A stretch of DNA of 32,000 nucleotides from assembly GCF_000253055.1 (NCBI RefSeq), contig NC_016070.1:660001-692000 (forward strand). Direction: 5' to 3'. Position 1 is the first letter of the stretch. The number at the start of each line of letters is the position of its first letter. Position numbers and translations under genes: made by a program. This DNA is from Thermoproteus tenax Kra 1 (GTDB lineage Archaea > Thermoproteota > Thermoprotei > Thermoproteales > Thermoproteaceae). Below, piece after piece: positions 17,126-25,233 of this stretch. The notes under the pieces are model-generated. The model saw only the letters and a program-made list of their open reading frames with translations, ran no database searches and was not told the DNA's origin.

Positions 17126-17137
17126 TCTCGGCCGAGA
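17126..17137. promoter_or_regulatory. 12-bp perfect palindrome TCTCGGCCGAGA in the hisC/hisI intergenic region (operator candidate)
   Basis: Perfect inverted repeat between the TATA-like agttatatagaaa (17108-17120) and hisI ATG 17145. Confidence 0.4.
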
Positions 17138-17144
17138 TAGATTC

Positions 17145-17588
17145 ATGGAGCCCAGGCCGTTGTCGGCTCCCGATGAGGCTTGGAGAATCGCCATGTCGCT
17201 CAACTACAGACAGAGGGATGGGACCGTGATCGCCGTAGTTCAAGACGTAGAGACCGGCGAGGTATTGATGGTCGCTCATATGGACCCTTTGGCGGTGTTT
17301 CTCACGCTGGTAACTGGACTGGCCCACTATTGGTCCACGAGCAGGAGGAGGATCTGGATGAAGGGAGAGACATCGGCCCACTACCAGTACGTTGTCGAAT
17401 TCAAGTCGGACTGCGACGGCGATGCGGTGCTCCTGAAAGTCGTCCAGATAGGCCCTGCGTGCCACACAGGCTCACGCTCTTGTTTTACTTCTAAGTACTC
17501 TCACTCACTTTCTTCTCCGCTTAAGCTCACCGCAGACGTCCTCAAGGGAGAGACCCTGGGAGGCGAGAAGGACGAGCACGTGATATAG
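17145..17588 (+). CDS. hisI: Phosphoribosyl-AMP cyclohydrolase
   Basis: VLMVAHMDP...TGLAHYWSTSRRRIWMKGETSAHYQYVVEFKSDCDGDAVLLKVVQIGPACHTGSRSCF. Alternative start ATG 17193. Confidence 0.93.
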   Translation: MEPRPLSAPDEAWRIAMSLNYRQRDGTVIAVVQDVETGEVLMVAHMDPLAVFLTLVTGLAHYWSTSRRRIWMKGETSAHYQYVVEFKSDCDGDAVLLKVVQIGPACHTGSRSCFTSKYSHSLSSPLKLTADVLKGETLGGEKDEHVI

Positions 17589-17789
17589 GAGGTCAGCTGC
17601 CTCCTCCACGACCCTTTGCTTCCCCTCGGCCAGCGATGCCACGGCCAACTCTATAGCCTCCTCGCCCACTTTCCTAGCTATGTGGGCGACCCCACTCTTA
17701 TACAGAGAGTATGTATAGCTGTTGGGGTCGCCCTCAGCGATTCTCCTACGTATGACTTGTTCCAATTCTGCTAAAACCCCGCAACTCAT
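17505..17789 (-). CDS. hisE: Phosphoribosyl-ATP pyrophosphohydrolase
   Basis: LAELEQVIRRRIAEGDPNSYTYSLYKSGVAHIARKVGEEAIELAVAS...VVEEAADLLYHVLVLL; ATG overlaps the hisD stop (ATGA). Confidence 0.93.
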   Translation of the reverse strand: MSCGVLAELEQVIRRRIAEGDPNSYTYSLYKSGVAHIARKVGEEAIELAVASLAEGKQRVVEEAADLLYHVLVLLASQGLSLEDVCGELKRRRK

Positions 17790-18910
17790 CTCAACGAATC
17801 TGCGTGTAGTCTGAACCCCTCGTACTCCGCCAGCCTTATTGCGTGCTTCCTCAAGGGGCTGTCGGCCAACGTCCAAGCCACGCCGATGGGCTTCATGAAA
17901 GTAGATGGCGTTATGATCCCGCGCCATCTGGCGCTCCCGCCCGTGGGCAACACATGTGAGATTCCAGCTACGTAGTCCACCAATGGGCTCGGCCCATTCA
18001 CAGACACGGCACCAACATTTCTCACCATTTGAGCCAGCTCGGGAAGGCCCCAGACCTCCAGATGTTCGGGCGCTATTGAGTCGATCTCTCTGGCGGCCTC
18101 CTCTATAGAGCCCACCGACTTGGTGCTCAAAGGACCCATCGAGCTTGTCTTTTCTCTTCTGTAGATCTCCTCGACCTCTCTAAGCAGTTGATAGTCCCGG
18201 GAGATGACCACGGCGAAAGAAGTAGGGCCGTGCTCCAGTTGGGCCAGAGCGCCAGCGACTGCGCGCCTTGGGTCTACACCCTCGGCGTAGACCACAAGCT
18301 CAGTGGGGCCTTCGATGCCGTCTATGCCCACGTAGCGAGAGAGGACGTACTTGGCTGCTTGCACGTAGAGACCGCCTGGGCCGGCCAACATGTCCACGCC
18401 GAGGTGAAAGGCAACGTAGGCGAGACCGTGCGCTCCGCCTACGCCGACAACCGCGTTGATGCCCAACTTGGCCGCCACAGTGAGAAACTCCGGCGTGAGC
18501 CCCTTCGGCGGAGTTAAGGCATAGAGCTTGGACACTCCGGCGATCTTGGCCGGCACAGCGAGCATGACCAGGGTCGAGATATACCTAGCTGGAACGTAGA
18601 TGGCCAGTCTCTCTATGGGTCTCCACACTATATACCTTAATATGCCCTCGTAGAAGTCAACGACGTCGGCCGGCCTAGCCCGCGAATAGAGTCTCTCCAA
18701 CGACCTTGCCGCGGCCAACGCTGCCTCCACGACTGAGCTGTCAGCTTCTGGACGCTCAGACGGCTCGATTAAGAGCTCGGGCGGTTTGAGGCCGTCCAGC
18801 CTCTGAGACCACTCCAGAGCCGCTACAGCTCCGCCTTTCCTGACGTCCTCTATAATCTCTTTCGCCCTACTCAGAGCCTCCTCCGAGATGGCCTCCCTAA
18901 TCATAGTCAA
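17786..18910 (-). CDS. hisD: Histidinol dehydrogenase
   Basis: YVPARYISTLVMLAVPAKIAGV; DMLAGPGGLYVQAAKYVL; GIDGIEGPTELV; NGPSPLVDYVAGISHVLPTGGSAR. Confidence 0.95.
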   Translation of the reverse strand: MTMIREAISEEALSRAKEIIEDVRKGGAVAALEWSQRLDGLKPPELLIEPSERPEADSSVVEAALAAARSLERLYSRARPADVVDFYEGILRYIVWRPIERLAIYVPARYISTLVMLAVPAKIAGVSKLYALTPPKGLTPEFLTVAAKLGINAVVGVGGAHGLAYVAFHLGVDMLAGPGGLYVQAAKYVLSRYVGIDGIEGPTELVVYAEGVDPRRAVAGALAQLEHGPTSFAVVISRDYQLLREVEEIYRREKTSSMGPLSTKSVGSIEEAAREIDSIAPEHLEVWGLPELAQMVRNVGAVSVNGPSPLVDYVAGISHVLPTGGSARWRGIITPSTFMKPIGVAWTLADSPLRKHAIRLAEYEGFRLHADSLR

Positions 18911-19664
18911 GGCGCACCTCTACTCCTCTGGATGCCAGATACTCCTTCAACTCTCTTATCTTGATGATACCGAAGTGGAATAAGCTGGCCGCCAAGAGGC
19001 CCTGGGCGCCGGCCAGAGCTCCCTCGTAGAAGTGGCGCATCTCGCCGGCCCCGCCCGATGCTATTATCGGTATTGTTACAGAGGACGATATAGCCCTCAG
19101 GAGCTCGATGTCGTAGCCGGACCTAGTTCCGTCTTTATCTATTGATGTAACCAGGAGCTCTCCGGCGCCCAGATCTGCCGCCTTAACTGCCCAGACCACA
19201 GCGTCTAAGTCTGTAGGAGTTCCTCCACTTTTTATATAGACTTTATAGCGACTGCCGATCCTTTTAGCGTCTATGGCCACTACTGTGGACTGCGAGCCGT
19301 ACTGTCTAGCCAGCTCTTCGACCAACTGAGGTCTCTTGACTGCGGCCGTATTAATGGACACCTTGTCGGCCCCGGCCTTGAACAGTTTGTCGGCGTCCTC
19401 CAGCGATCTGACACCGCCGCCTATTGTGACAGGTATGGAGACCGATGTGGCGACCTCCTTTACGACCTTGAGGAAGGTCGGTCTGTCCTCAATAGAGGCA
19501 GTTATATCTAGTATCACCAACTCATCGGCGCCCTCATCGTCGTATTTCATCGCTAACTCGATGGGGTCTCCAACCTCTCTGAGCCCTTGGAAGTTCACTC
19601 CCTTCACCACGACGCCCTTCCGCCCGTCTATGTCGAGACATGGTATAATCCTTACGGCGGTCAC
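18897..19664 (-). CDS. hisF: Imidazole glycerol phosphate synthase cyclase subunit HisF
   Basis: RIIPCLDIDGRKGVVVKGVNFQGLREVGDPIELA; ELVILDITAS; IPVTIGGGVRSLEDA; IIASGGAGEMRHF. Confidence 0.97.
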   Translation of the reverse strand: MTAVRIIPCLDIDGRKGVVVKGVNFQGLREVGDPIELAMKYDDEGADELVILDITASIEDRPTFLKVVKEVATSVSIPVTIGGGVRSLEDADKLFKAGADKVSINTAAVKRPQLVEELARQYGSQSTVVAIDAKRIGSRYKVYIKSGGTPTDLDAVVWAVKAADLGAGELLVTSIDKDGTRSGYDIELLRAISSSVTIPIIASGGAGEMRHFYEGALAGAQGLLAASLFHFGIIKIRELKEYLASRGVEVRLDYD

Positions 19665-19675
19665 GTCTCACTTTT

Positions 19676-19690
19676 AAGGTATATATATTA
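19676..19690. promoter_or_regulatory. Shared TATA-like element of divergent hisF and hisB
   Basis: aaggtatatatatta lies about 24 nt before the hisB GTG (19708) and about 20 nt before the hisF GTG (19664). Confidence 0.55.
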
Positions 19691-19707
19691 AATAACGGCG
19701 CCCCTTC

Positions 19708-20253
19708 GTGATAAGGGAGACAAAGGAGACTAGAGTGGAGGTCGAACTGATGAGGGACGGGCCTATAGTCGTCGAGACCCCCATAGGCTTTCTTACGCAT
19801 ATGCTTGAGACGTTGTTGTACTACGCTGGACTGGGCGGCAGAGTTAAGGCGGTAGTCCTCAGAGACCTCGACGAGGGGCACCACGTCATAGAGGACGTCG
19901 CGCTAGCTATAGGCTCGGCCTTGTCGGAGTTTGTCGGAGACAGAAGGAGCATTGCTAGATATGGGTGGTCTATCGTCCCCATGGACGATTCAAGGGCCGT
20001 AGCAGCCGTCGATTTGGGCGGCAGACCCTTCTGGGTGGTCAGAGCGGAGCTACCCAACGTCGTAATCGGAGGTTATCCGACGTATATGTTCAAGCACTTC
20101 GTGAGATCGCTCGCCTCAGAGGCGAGGGCGACTATACACGTGGAGATTTACGGCGAAGATCCCCACCACATGATAGAGGTGGCCCATAAGGCTCTGGGGT
20201 TGGCCTTGAGACAGGCCCTCTCACCTGCCGATAGGCCTATGACGACTAAGTGA
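19708..20253 (+). CDS. hisB: Imidazoleglycerol-phosphate dehydratase
   Basis: GFLTHMLETLLYYAG; DEGHHVIEDVALAIG; SIVPMDDSRAVAAVDLGGRP; DPHHMIEVAHKALGLALRQA. Dehydratase domain only. Confidence 0.95.
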   Translation: MIRETKETRVEVELMRDGPIVVETPIGFLTHMLETLLYYAGLGGRVKAVVLRDLDEGHHVIEDVALAIGSALSEFVGDRRSIARYGWSIVPMDDSRAVAAVDLGGRPFWVVRAELPNVVIGGYPTYMFKHFVRSLASEARATIHVEIYGEDPHHMIEVAHKALGLALRQALSPADRPMTTK

Positions 20254-20346
20254 GGAACTCAGTGGGACAACCGGCCGGCAATAGAACGCCTACCCCCCGA
20301 GACTTCATCACTCACAGTGAGAAAGAATAATTAGTTTTAGGCTTTT

Positions 20347-21060
20347 GTGGGCGTGTTAATAATCCCCTCAATAGACCTAGAGGGCGGCAAGGCCGTCAAA
20401 AGAGTGAAAGGAGAGAGAGGGAAATACGTGTTTGTGGGCGATCCCGTGGAGTTGGCCAAGCGCTTCTCCAAGGCTCCTCTTGTCCATATCGTGGACCTGG
20501 ACGGCGCAGAGACGGGGGCCCCGGCCAATCTCAATGTAGTCTCTCTCATTTCACAGATCGTAGAGGGCTCTTGTGAGATCGGAGGAGGTCTTAGGTCCCG
20601 CGACTCCGTTAAGAAGGCGTTAAGCGTATGCGATTACGCGGTCGTGAGCACATTACCCTTTACAGATAGGCGTCTCTTCGGCGAATTGGCGGAAGAGTTC
20701 GCCGGAAGGCTCGTCGTCTCAGTTGATGTTTTAAACGGGTTCGTCATGGGAGACGGCTGGAGGAGACCCCTCGTTGAGCTAAAGAGGGCCGTGGAGGAGC
20801 TGTCAAGCTACGACTTGGCCGCAATAATCTATACCGCAATTGAGGTCGAGGGGACTGGGCTCGGCCCTCTCGCCGCATCGGCTGAGTTGCTCAAGAGCGT
20901 AGCAAAGAGAGTTTACTACGCGGGCGGTATATCCAACTGTGGCCACTTAGAGGCCGTAAAGCGCGCCGGCTTTGATGGCGCTATAATCGGCTACGCGCTC
21001 CACAGGGGCGCGTTAGACTGTCTTGGGGATCTCTCCGTATCTGACTCATACTACTTCTAG
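20347..21060 (+). CDS. hisA: Phosphoribosylformimino-5-aminoimidazole carboxamide ribotide isomerase HisA
   Basis: LIIPSIDLEGGKAVKRVKGERGKYVFVGDPVELAKRF; VHIVDLDGAETGAP; SCEIGGGLRS; VYYAGGISN. Confidence 0.92.
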   Translation: MGVLIIPSIDLEGGKAVKRVKGERGKYVFVGDPVELAKRFSKAPLVHIVDLDGAETGAPANLNVVSLISQIVEGSCEIGGGLRSRDSVKKALSVCDYAVVSTLPFTDRRLFGELAEEFAGRLVVSVDVLNGFVMGDGWRRPLVELKRAVEELSSYDLAAIIYTAIEVEGTGLGPLAASAELLKSVAKRVYYAGGISNCGHLEAVKRAGFDGAIIGYALHRGALDCLGDLSVSDSYYF

Positions 21061-22589
21061 CAGGGCTCTATGGTCGCGGGAGGCTTCGGCGTTATGGCAT
21101 ACGCCACCATAGTGACCTTAGGCACTTCAGACACTATCCTCTGCGCAATGCGCGAGAGCACGCGCCAATCTAGCTTAGCCCAGTCCGCCGTCATGGCGTC
21201 CTCGCTTTCGACAATTCTGATCGTCACAACGTGTCCCACAGACCTTGCGTCGCCCTTAACGCCGACCCACATATCGTCGCCCACCACTGCAAACGCCTGC
21301 CACACTCTATAGTACAGCCCGCTCGCTTTAAGCTCCTCCTCCACTATCTTGCTGGCCCTTCTGACGATATCTAGTTTCTCTCTGGTGAACTGTCCCATGA
21401 TCCTTACGGCAAGGCCCGGGCCGGGGAACGGATGACGGTAGACCACATCGTCGGGCAGACCCAACGCCTTCCCTATAGCCCTTACCTCGTCCTTGTAGAA
21501 GTTCCTCAATGGTTCCAACAGTTTGAAGTCAAGTCTGGCCGGCAGACCGCCCACGTTGTGATGACTTTTTATTTTGTCCGCGCCTTTGACGGCTCCGCTC
21601 TCTATTACGTCGGGGTACAACGTCCCCTGGGCCAACCACCTCGCGTTGGATACTTGAGACGCCGTCTTGGCGAAGACGTCTATGAACGTCTCGCCTATAA
21701 TGCGCCTCCTCTCCTCGCAGTCCTCTACTCCGTCCAGCCTTCTGAGGAACTCTTCGGATGCGTCCACGTAGATAACGCGTATACCCAGCCGCTGGAAGAG
21801 CTGTAGCACCTCCTCGGGCTCGCCCTCTCTGAAGAGGCCGTGGTTTACAAATATGGGAACGGCCCTATCCCCTATAGCCTTGGCCACCAATAGGGCAACC
21901 ACGGTACTGTCGATCCCCCCGCTGACGCCTATAATGACCCTCTCGCCGGGCCCCACGGTCCTCCTGATCTCTTCGATTATCTGAGGCACTGTTCTCACAG
22001 GGTCCCAACGCTCCTCGCTACGTATGCCCACTATGTTCTCCACGAAGTTCTTAAACAACTGCTTCCCCTTGGGAGTGTGCGCTACCTCTGGATGGAACTG
22101 TACTCCATAGAGGGGTTTGTCCACAGCCTTCATAGCGGCTATATACCCCCTCTCGGAGACCGCAGTGACTTGAAATCCCGGCGGTACCTCAGCTACAGAG
22201 TCGCCGTGGCTCATCCAGACGACCTCCCTCTCTTCAAAGCCGCTGAGCAGTTCGTCCTTCACTAACACGCGGATCTCCGTATTGCCGTATTCGCCGGGCC
22301 CTCTGGCCAACTTGCCGCCGAGCTCCCTCGCCATAAGTTGGAAGCCGTAACATATACCTAGAATGGGCTTATTCAACTTGAAGAGATCGGGGTCAACGCC
22401 CGGAGAGTTGGGCTCGAGAACTGAGGCGGGCCCTCCAGAGAGAACTACGGCGGCCACATCTTGTGCCCTCGCCGCCTCAAGGGCCTCCTCGGGCCACACC
22501 AGCTCTGAATACAGGCCCGCCTCTCTTAGTCTTCTCGCTATGAGGTGGGCATATTGTCCCCCGAAGTTAACTACGACTGCCCTCCTCAT
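21057..22589 (-). CDS. guaA: GMP synthase (glutamine-hydrolysing), fused glutaminase and synthetase domains
   Basis: AVVVNFGGQYAHLIARRLRE; ILGICYGFQLMA; YGVQFHPEV; VIIGVSGGIDSTVVALLVAKAIG; YRHPFPGPGLAVR. Start at ATG 22589 (GTG 22604 possible). Confidence 0.95.
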   Translation of the reverse strand: MRRAVVVNFGGQYAHLIARRLREAGLYSELVWPEEALEAARAQDVAAVVLSGGPASVLEPNSPGVDPDLFKLNKPILGICYGFQLMARELGGKLARGPGEYGNTEIRVLVKDELLSGFEEREVVWMSHGDSVAEVPPGFQVTAVSERGYIAAMKAVDKPLYGVQFHPEVAHTPKGKQLFKNFVENIVGIRSEERWDPVRTVPQIIEEIRRTVGPGERVIIGVSGGIDSTVVALLVAKAIGDRAVPIFVNHGLFREGEPEEVLQLFQRLGIRVIYVDASEEFLRRLDGVEDCEERRRIIGETFIDVFAKTASQVSNARWLAQGTLYPDVIESGAVKGADKIKSHHNVGGLPARLDFKLLEPLRNFYKDEVRAIGKALGLPDDVVYRHPFPGPGLAVRIMGQFTREKLDIVRRASKIVEEELKASGLYYRVWQAFAVVGDDMWVGVKGDARSVGHVVTIRIVESEDAMTADWAKLDWRVLSRIAQRIVSEVPKVTMVAYAITPKPPATIEPC

Positions 22590-22773
22590 ACCCTTCCCCT
22601 CCACGCTCGTCCATTGTCGAAATACGGCGGATTGCTTTTAAACATTTCCTTTAGTCAAATCCAACATATTGCCTTGTATCATCCCCATACTATTTAATCA
22701 TCTGTTTAAAAATAATTTAAACGCCGGCAGGACTTGTGCGCAACCCTTATAGTCATCCCCCAATCGGTCGCTC

Positions 22774-24054
22774 ATGTTCCAAGATGCTGTGGCTGCGGCG
22801 GCTCTAGTCATCCTAGTGGGCGGCTTGCTTTTTAAGTCGCGCTTCCCCAAGATACCAGCTTGGTCGATCATGGCCTTCTCCTCCTTCGTCGTCGTGATAG
22901 GCCGCCTAATTCCTATAGATAGGCTTGCGTCAGCGATCGATATAGATGTTATCTTGTTCCTAATAGGGATGTTCTCAATAGTGTCCATGGCCGAGTCGTC
23001 GGGCCTTCTCGATGCAATCGCCTACTGGTTCCTCTGGCGCGCAAGATCTACCAGAGGCCTCCTCTTGACGCTCTCCTTCCTGTTCGGCCTGCTCGCGGCC
23101 TTCACGGTGAACGATGCGGTGGCTCTGATGGGGCCGCCAATAGTCGCCGCCGTAGCTAGAGTTGCCGGCATAGAGATGGCGCCTCTGCTTCTATTGTTGT
23201 GCTTCGCCGTGACTATAGGCTCCGTAACTACCCCGATAGGGAATCCACAGAACGTCCTCATAGCGGTTCAGTCCGGCATGAGGACGCCTCTTCTGACGTT
23301 CTTGGAATTCCTCTTGGCGCCTACTCTGGTGAATCTAGCTCTGCTCCCCTTCCTGATCGAGAGGTGGTACAAGCTTCCAAAGAAGGCTATAGCCATAGCC
23401 TATATACCCGCTGAGGCCATAAGGAATAAGCGCGATGCCTATCTGGCCGGCGGAGGGCTCTTGGCTGTCGTATTGTCGTTGCTTGTGAACGACATATTGG
23501 CCCTAATGGGGCTCCCTCATGTGGAGAACATAGGCTATATACCGTTCCTCGCGGCAGCGGCGATCTACATTTTCTCGTCTAATCCAAGACGTGTTGTAGA
23601 GGGCGTCAACTGGGGCACTATAATCTTCTTCTTGACGATGTTCATAACTATGAGGGGGATCTGGGTCTCTGGCCTATTACAGCCCGCCATCAACTTCCTA
23701 ATGCCTCAGGCCGAGGGGCCGATCCCAGGAATCTTTGCTATAATGGCCGAGTCCCTCCTCTTCAGTCAACTACTCTCCAATGTGCCCTTCACTGAGCTGT
23801 TTATACAATACATGAAGGGGTTGGGCTACGGGTCAGGGGATGCTTGGGCGTGGCTCACTTTAGCAATGGCGGCCACAATAGCGGGCAACCTAACTCTGCT
23901 AGGTGCCGCCAGCAACATCATCGTGTTGGAAGTCGCCGAGAGCAAGTATCTCACTACAATTAAATTCAGCGAGTTCTTCAAAAGAGGTATCATTATAACC
24001 TCTTTGAACGCAGTAGTATACTTGCCCTTCCTCCTCCTAGCTGCGAGGCTCTAA
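22774..24054 (+). CDS. ArsB/NhaD/SLC13-like ion transporter family permease
   Basis: About 11 TMs; FLFGLLAAFTVNDAVALMGPPIV and FAVTIGSVTTPIGNPQNVLIAVQSGM are typical for the IT superfamily. Confidence 0.82.
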   Translation: MFQDAVAAAALVILVGGLLFKSRFPKIPAWSIMAFSSFVVVIGRLIPIDRLASAIDIDVILFLIGMFSIVSMAESSGLLDAIAYWFLWRARSTRGLLLTLSFLFGLLAAFTVNDAVALMGPPIVAAVARVAGIEMAPLLLLLCFAVTIGSVTTPIGNPQNVLIAVQSGMRTPLLTFLEFLLAPTLVNLALLPFLIERWYKLPKKAIAIAYIPAEAIRNKRDAYLAGGGLLAVVLSLLVNDILALMGLPHVENIGYIPFLAAAAIYIFSSNPRRVVEGVNWGTIIFFLTMFITMRGIWVSGLLQPAINFLMPQAEGPIPGIFAIMAESLLFSQLLSNVPFTELFIQYMKGLGYGSGDAWAWLTLAMAATIAGNLTLLGAASNIIVLEVAESKYLTTIKFSEFFKRGIIITSLNAVVYLPFLLLAARL

Positions 24055-25233
24055 CAGCGGCTTCATTCGAGACCATTCGTCTATATAGAAGACTATGTTT
24101 AAGTTAGATCCCGTAGGGCCTGTTCTTACGACCCTCCCCGTCTCCGCGAAGGGCTCCAAAGTGTTGTTTTCGGCAAAATAACTCGATACATCTCCCCGTT
24201 TGACCAATTCACCGAGAAGACCGGGGTCTGCCCAGACGCCGGCAACGCCCGTATTGCCGTCAAGCCCGTCCGTCGCCATAGCGAAAACGGCATATCTGCG
24301 CGACGCCAAAATGAAGGACAGTGCGAACTCTGTTGTCCTGCCGCCGCGTCCTCCCCCTCTGACTGTCACAGTGGGCTCTCCGCCCAACAATAAGGGCGTT
24401 CCAGTCTCCCTCGCCAAATAGGCCGCGTAGCGTCCCAACTCGCGCGCCTCGCCTACAAGGCAAGATGTCACTATGCGGCCACCTGTGACCCTCTGAATCT
24501 CAGTTAATACATCTAAGTTTTTGGCGATCACTAGGGCCTCATGCCTAAATTCCTTCGGCGTGTCCTTCCCCCTCAGAGCCTCTTCAATGGCTGTGCGCGC
24601 TGTGATCGGCATACGCTCCCATAGACCTGCTATCTTTAATGATGTGAGCGCCTCCTCGGCTGTCGAAGAATCGGGCACAGCAGGGCCGGAACCTACGTCT
24701 GAGGGATCGTCGCAAGGCACGTCGCTCGCTATTAAGTTATAGACATAAGCCCCCCTCGCAACCGCCATCGCTCCGAGCTTTCCGCCCTTTATGGCCGAGA
24801 TTCTCTTCCTTATGGCGTTCATCTGGTGTATATCGAGGCCGCTGCGTAGCAGGAGACCCCACGTAATTAGAAAGTCGTCCTCAGGTATTAACGGAACCTC
24901 GGCTAAGCTCGAAGCGCCTCCCGACACTAGAAAGACTACTCTCTCCCCTCTACTTAAGGAGGACACGTAGTCTAACACGGCCTCGCCAGCCTTAAAACTA
25001 CGATGCGATGGAGTAGGGTGGTCGGCCACGTAGAGCTTAACGCTCTTGGGCACAGGTCCCTCAATAGGCGAGACGGCTATGCCGTCTTCTATGTCCGACA
25101 CCTCAGCGAGGCCTTGCACCATCGCTATTGCGCCCTTACCTATTGCCACAGCTCTGACGCGACCCAACCTCGGCGCCTTGCGCTGTACAGCCCTTTTTAG
25201 GTCTATTGCCGATAGGATTACGTCAACTATCAT
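24037..25233 (-). CDS. Glycerate 2-kinase (GckA / MOFRL family)
   Basis: VRAVAIGKGAIAMVQG; VFLVSGGASSLAEVPL; LNAIRKRISAIKGGKLG; LIASDVPCDDPSDVGSGP; LLGGEPTVTVRGGGRGGRTTEFALSF. Confidence 0.93.
   Translation of the reverse strand: MIVDVILSAIDLKRAVQRKAPRLGRVRAVAIGKGAIAMVQGLAEVSDIEDGIAVSPIEGPVPKSVKLYVADHPTPSHRSFKAGEAVLDYVSSLSRGERVVFLVSGGASSLAEVPLIPEDDFLITWGLLLRSGLDIHQMNAIRKRISAIKGGKLGAMAVARGAYVYNLIASDVPCDDPSDVGSGPAVPDSSTAEEALTSLKIAGLWERMPITARTAIEEALRGKDTPKEFRHEALVIAKNLDVLTEIQRVTGGRIVTSCLVGEARELGRYAAYLARETGTPLLLGGEPTVTVRGGGRGGRTTEFALSFILASRRYAVFAMATDGLDGNTGVAGVWADPGLLGELVKRGDVSSYFAENNTLEPFAETGRVVRTGPTGSNLNIVFYIDEWSRMKPLLEPRS

Noticed and set aside
17070-17494. - strand 131-aa ORF and + strand 17180-17494 ORF at hisC/hisI
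   Set aside because: Overlap hisI, which has unambiguous conserved motifs; Arg-rich shadow frames.
20259-20311. Minus-strand C box GTGATGA and D box CTGA 53 nt apart in the hisB-hisA gap
   Set aside because: No internal D'/C' boxes and no terminal stem; insufficient to call an sRNA.
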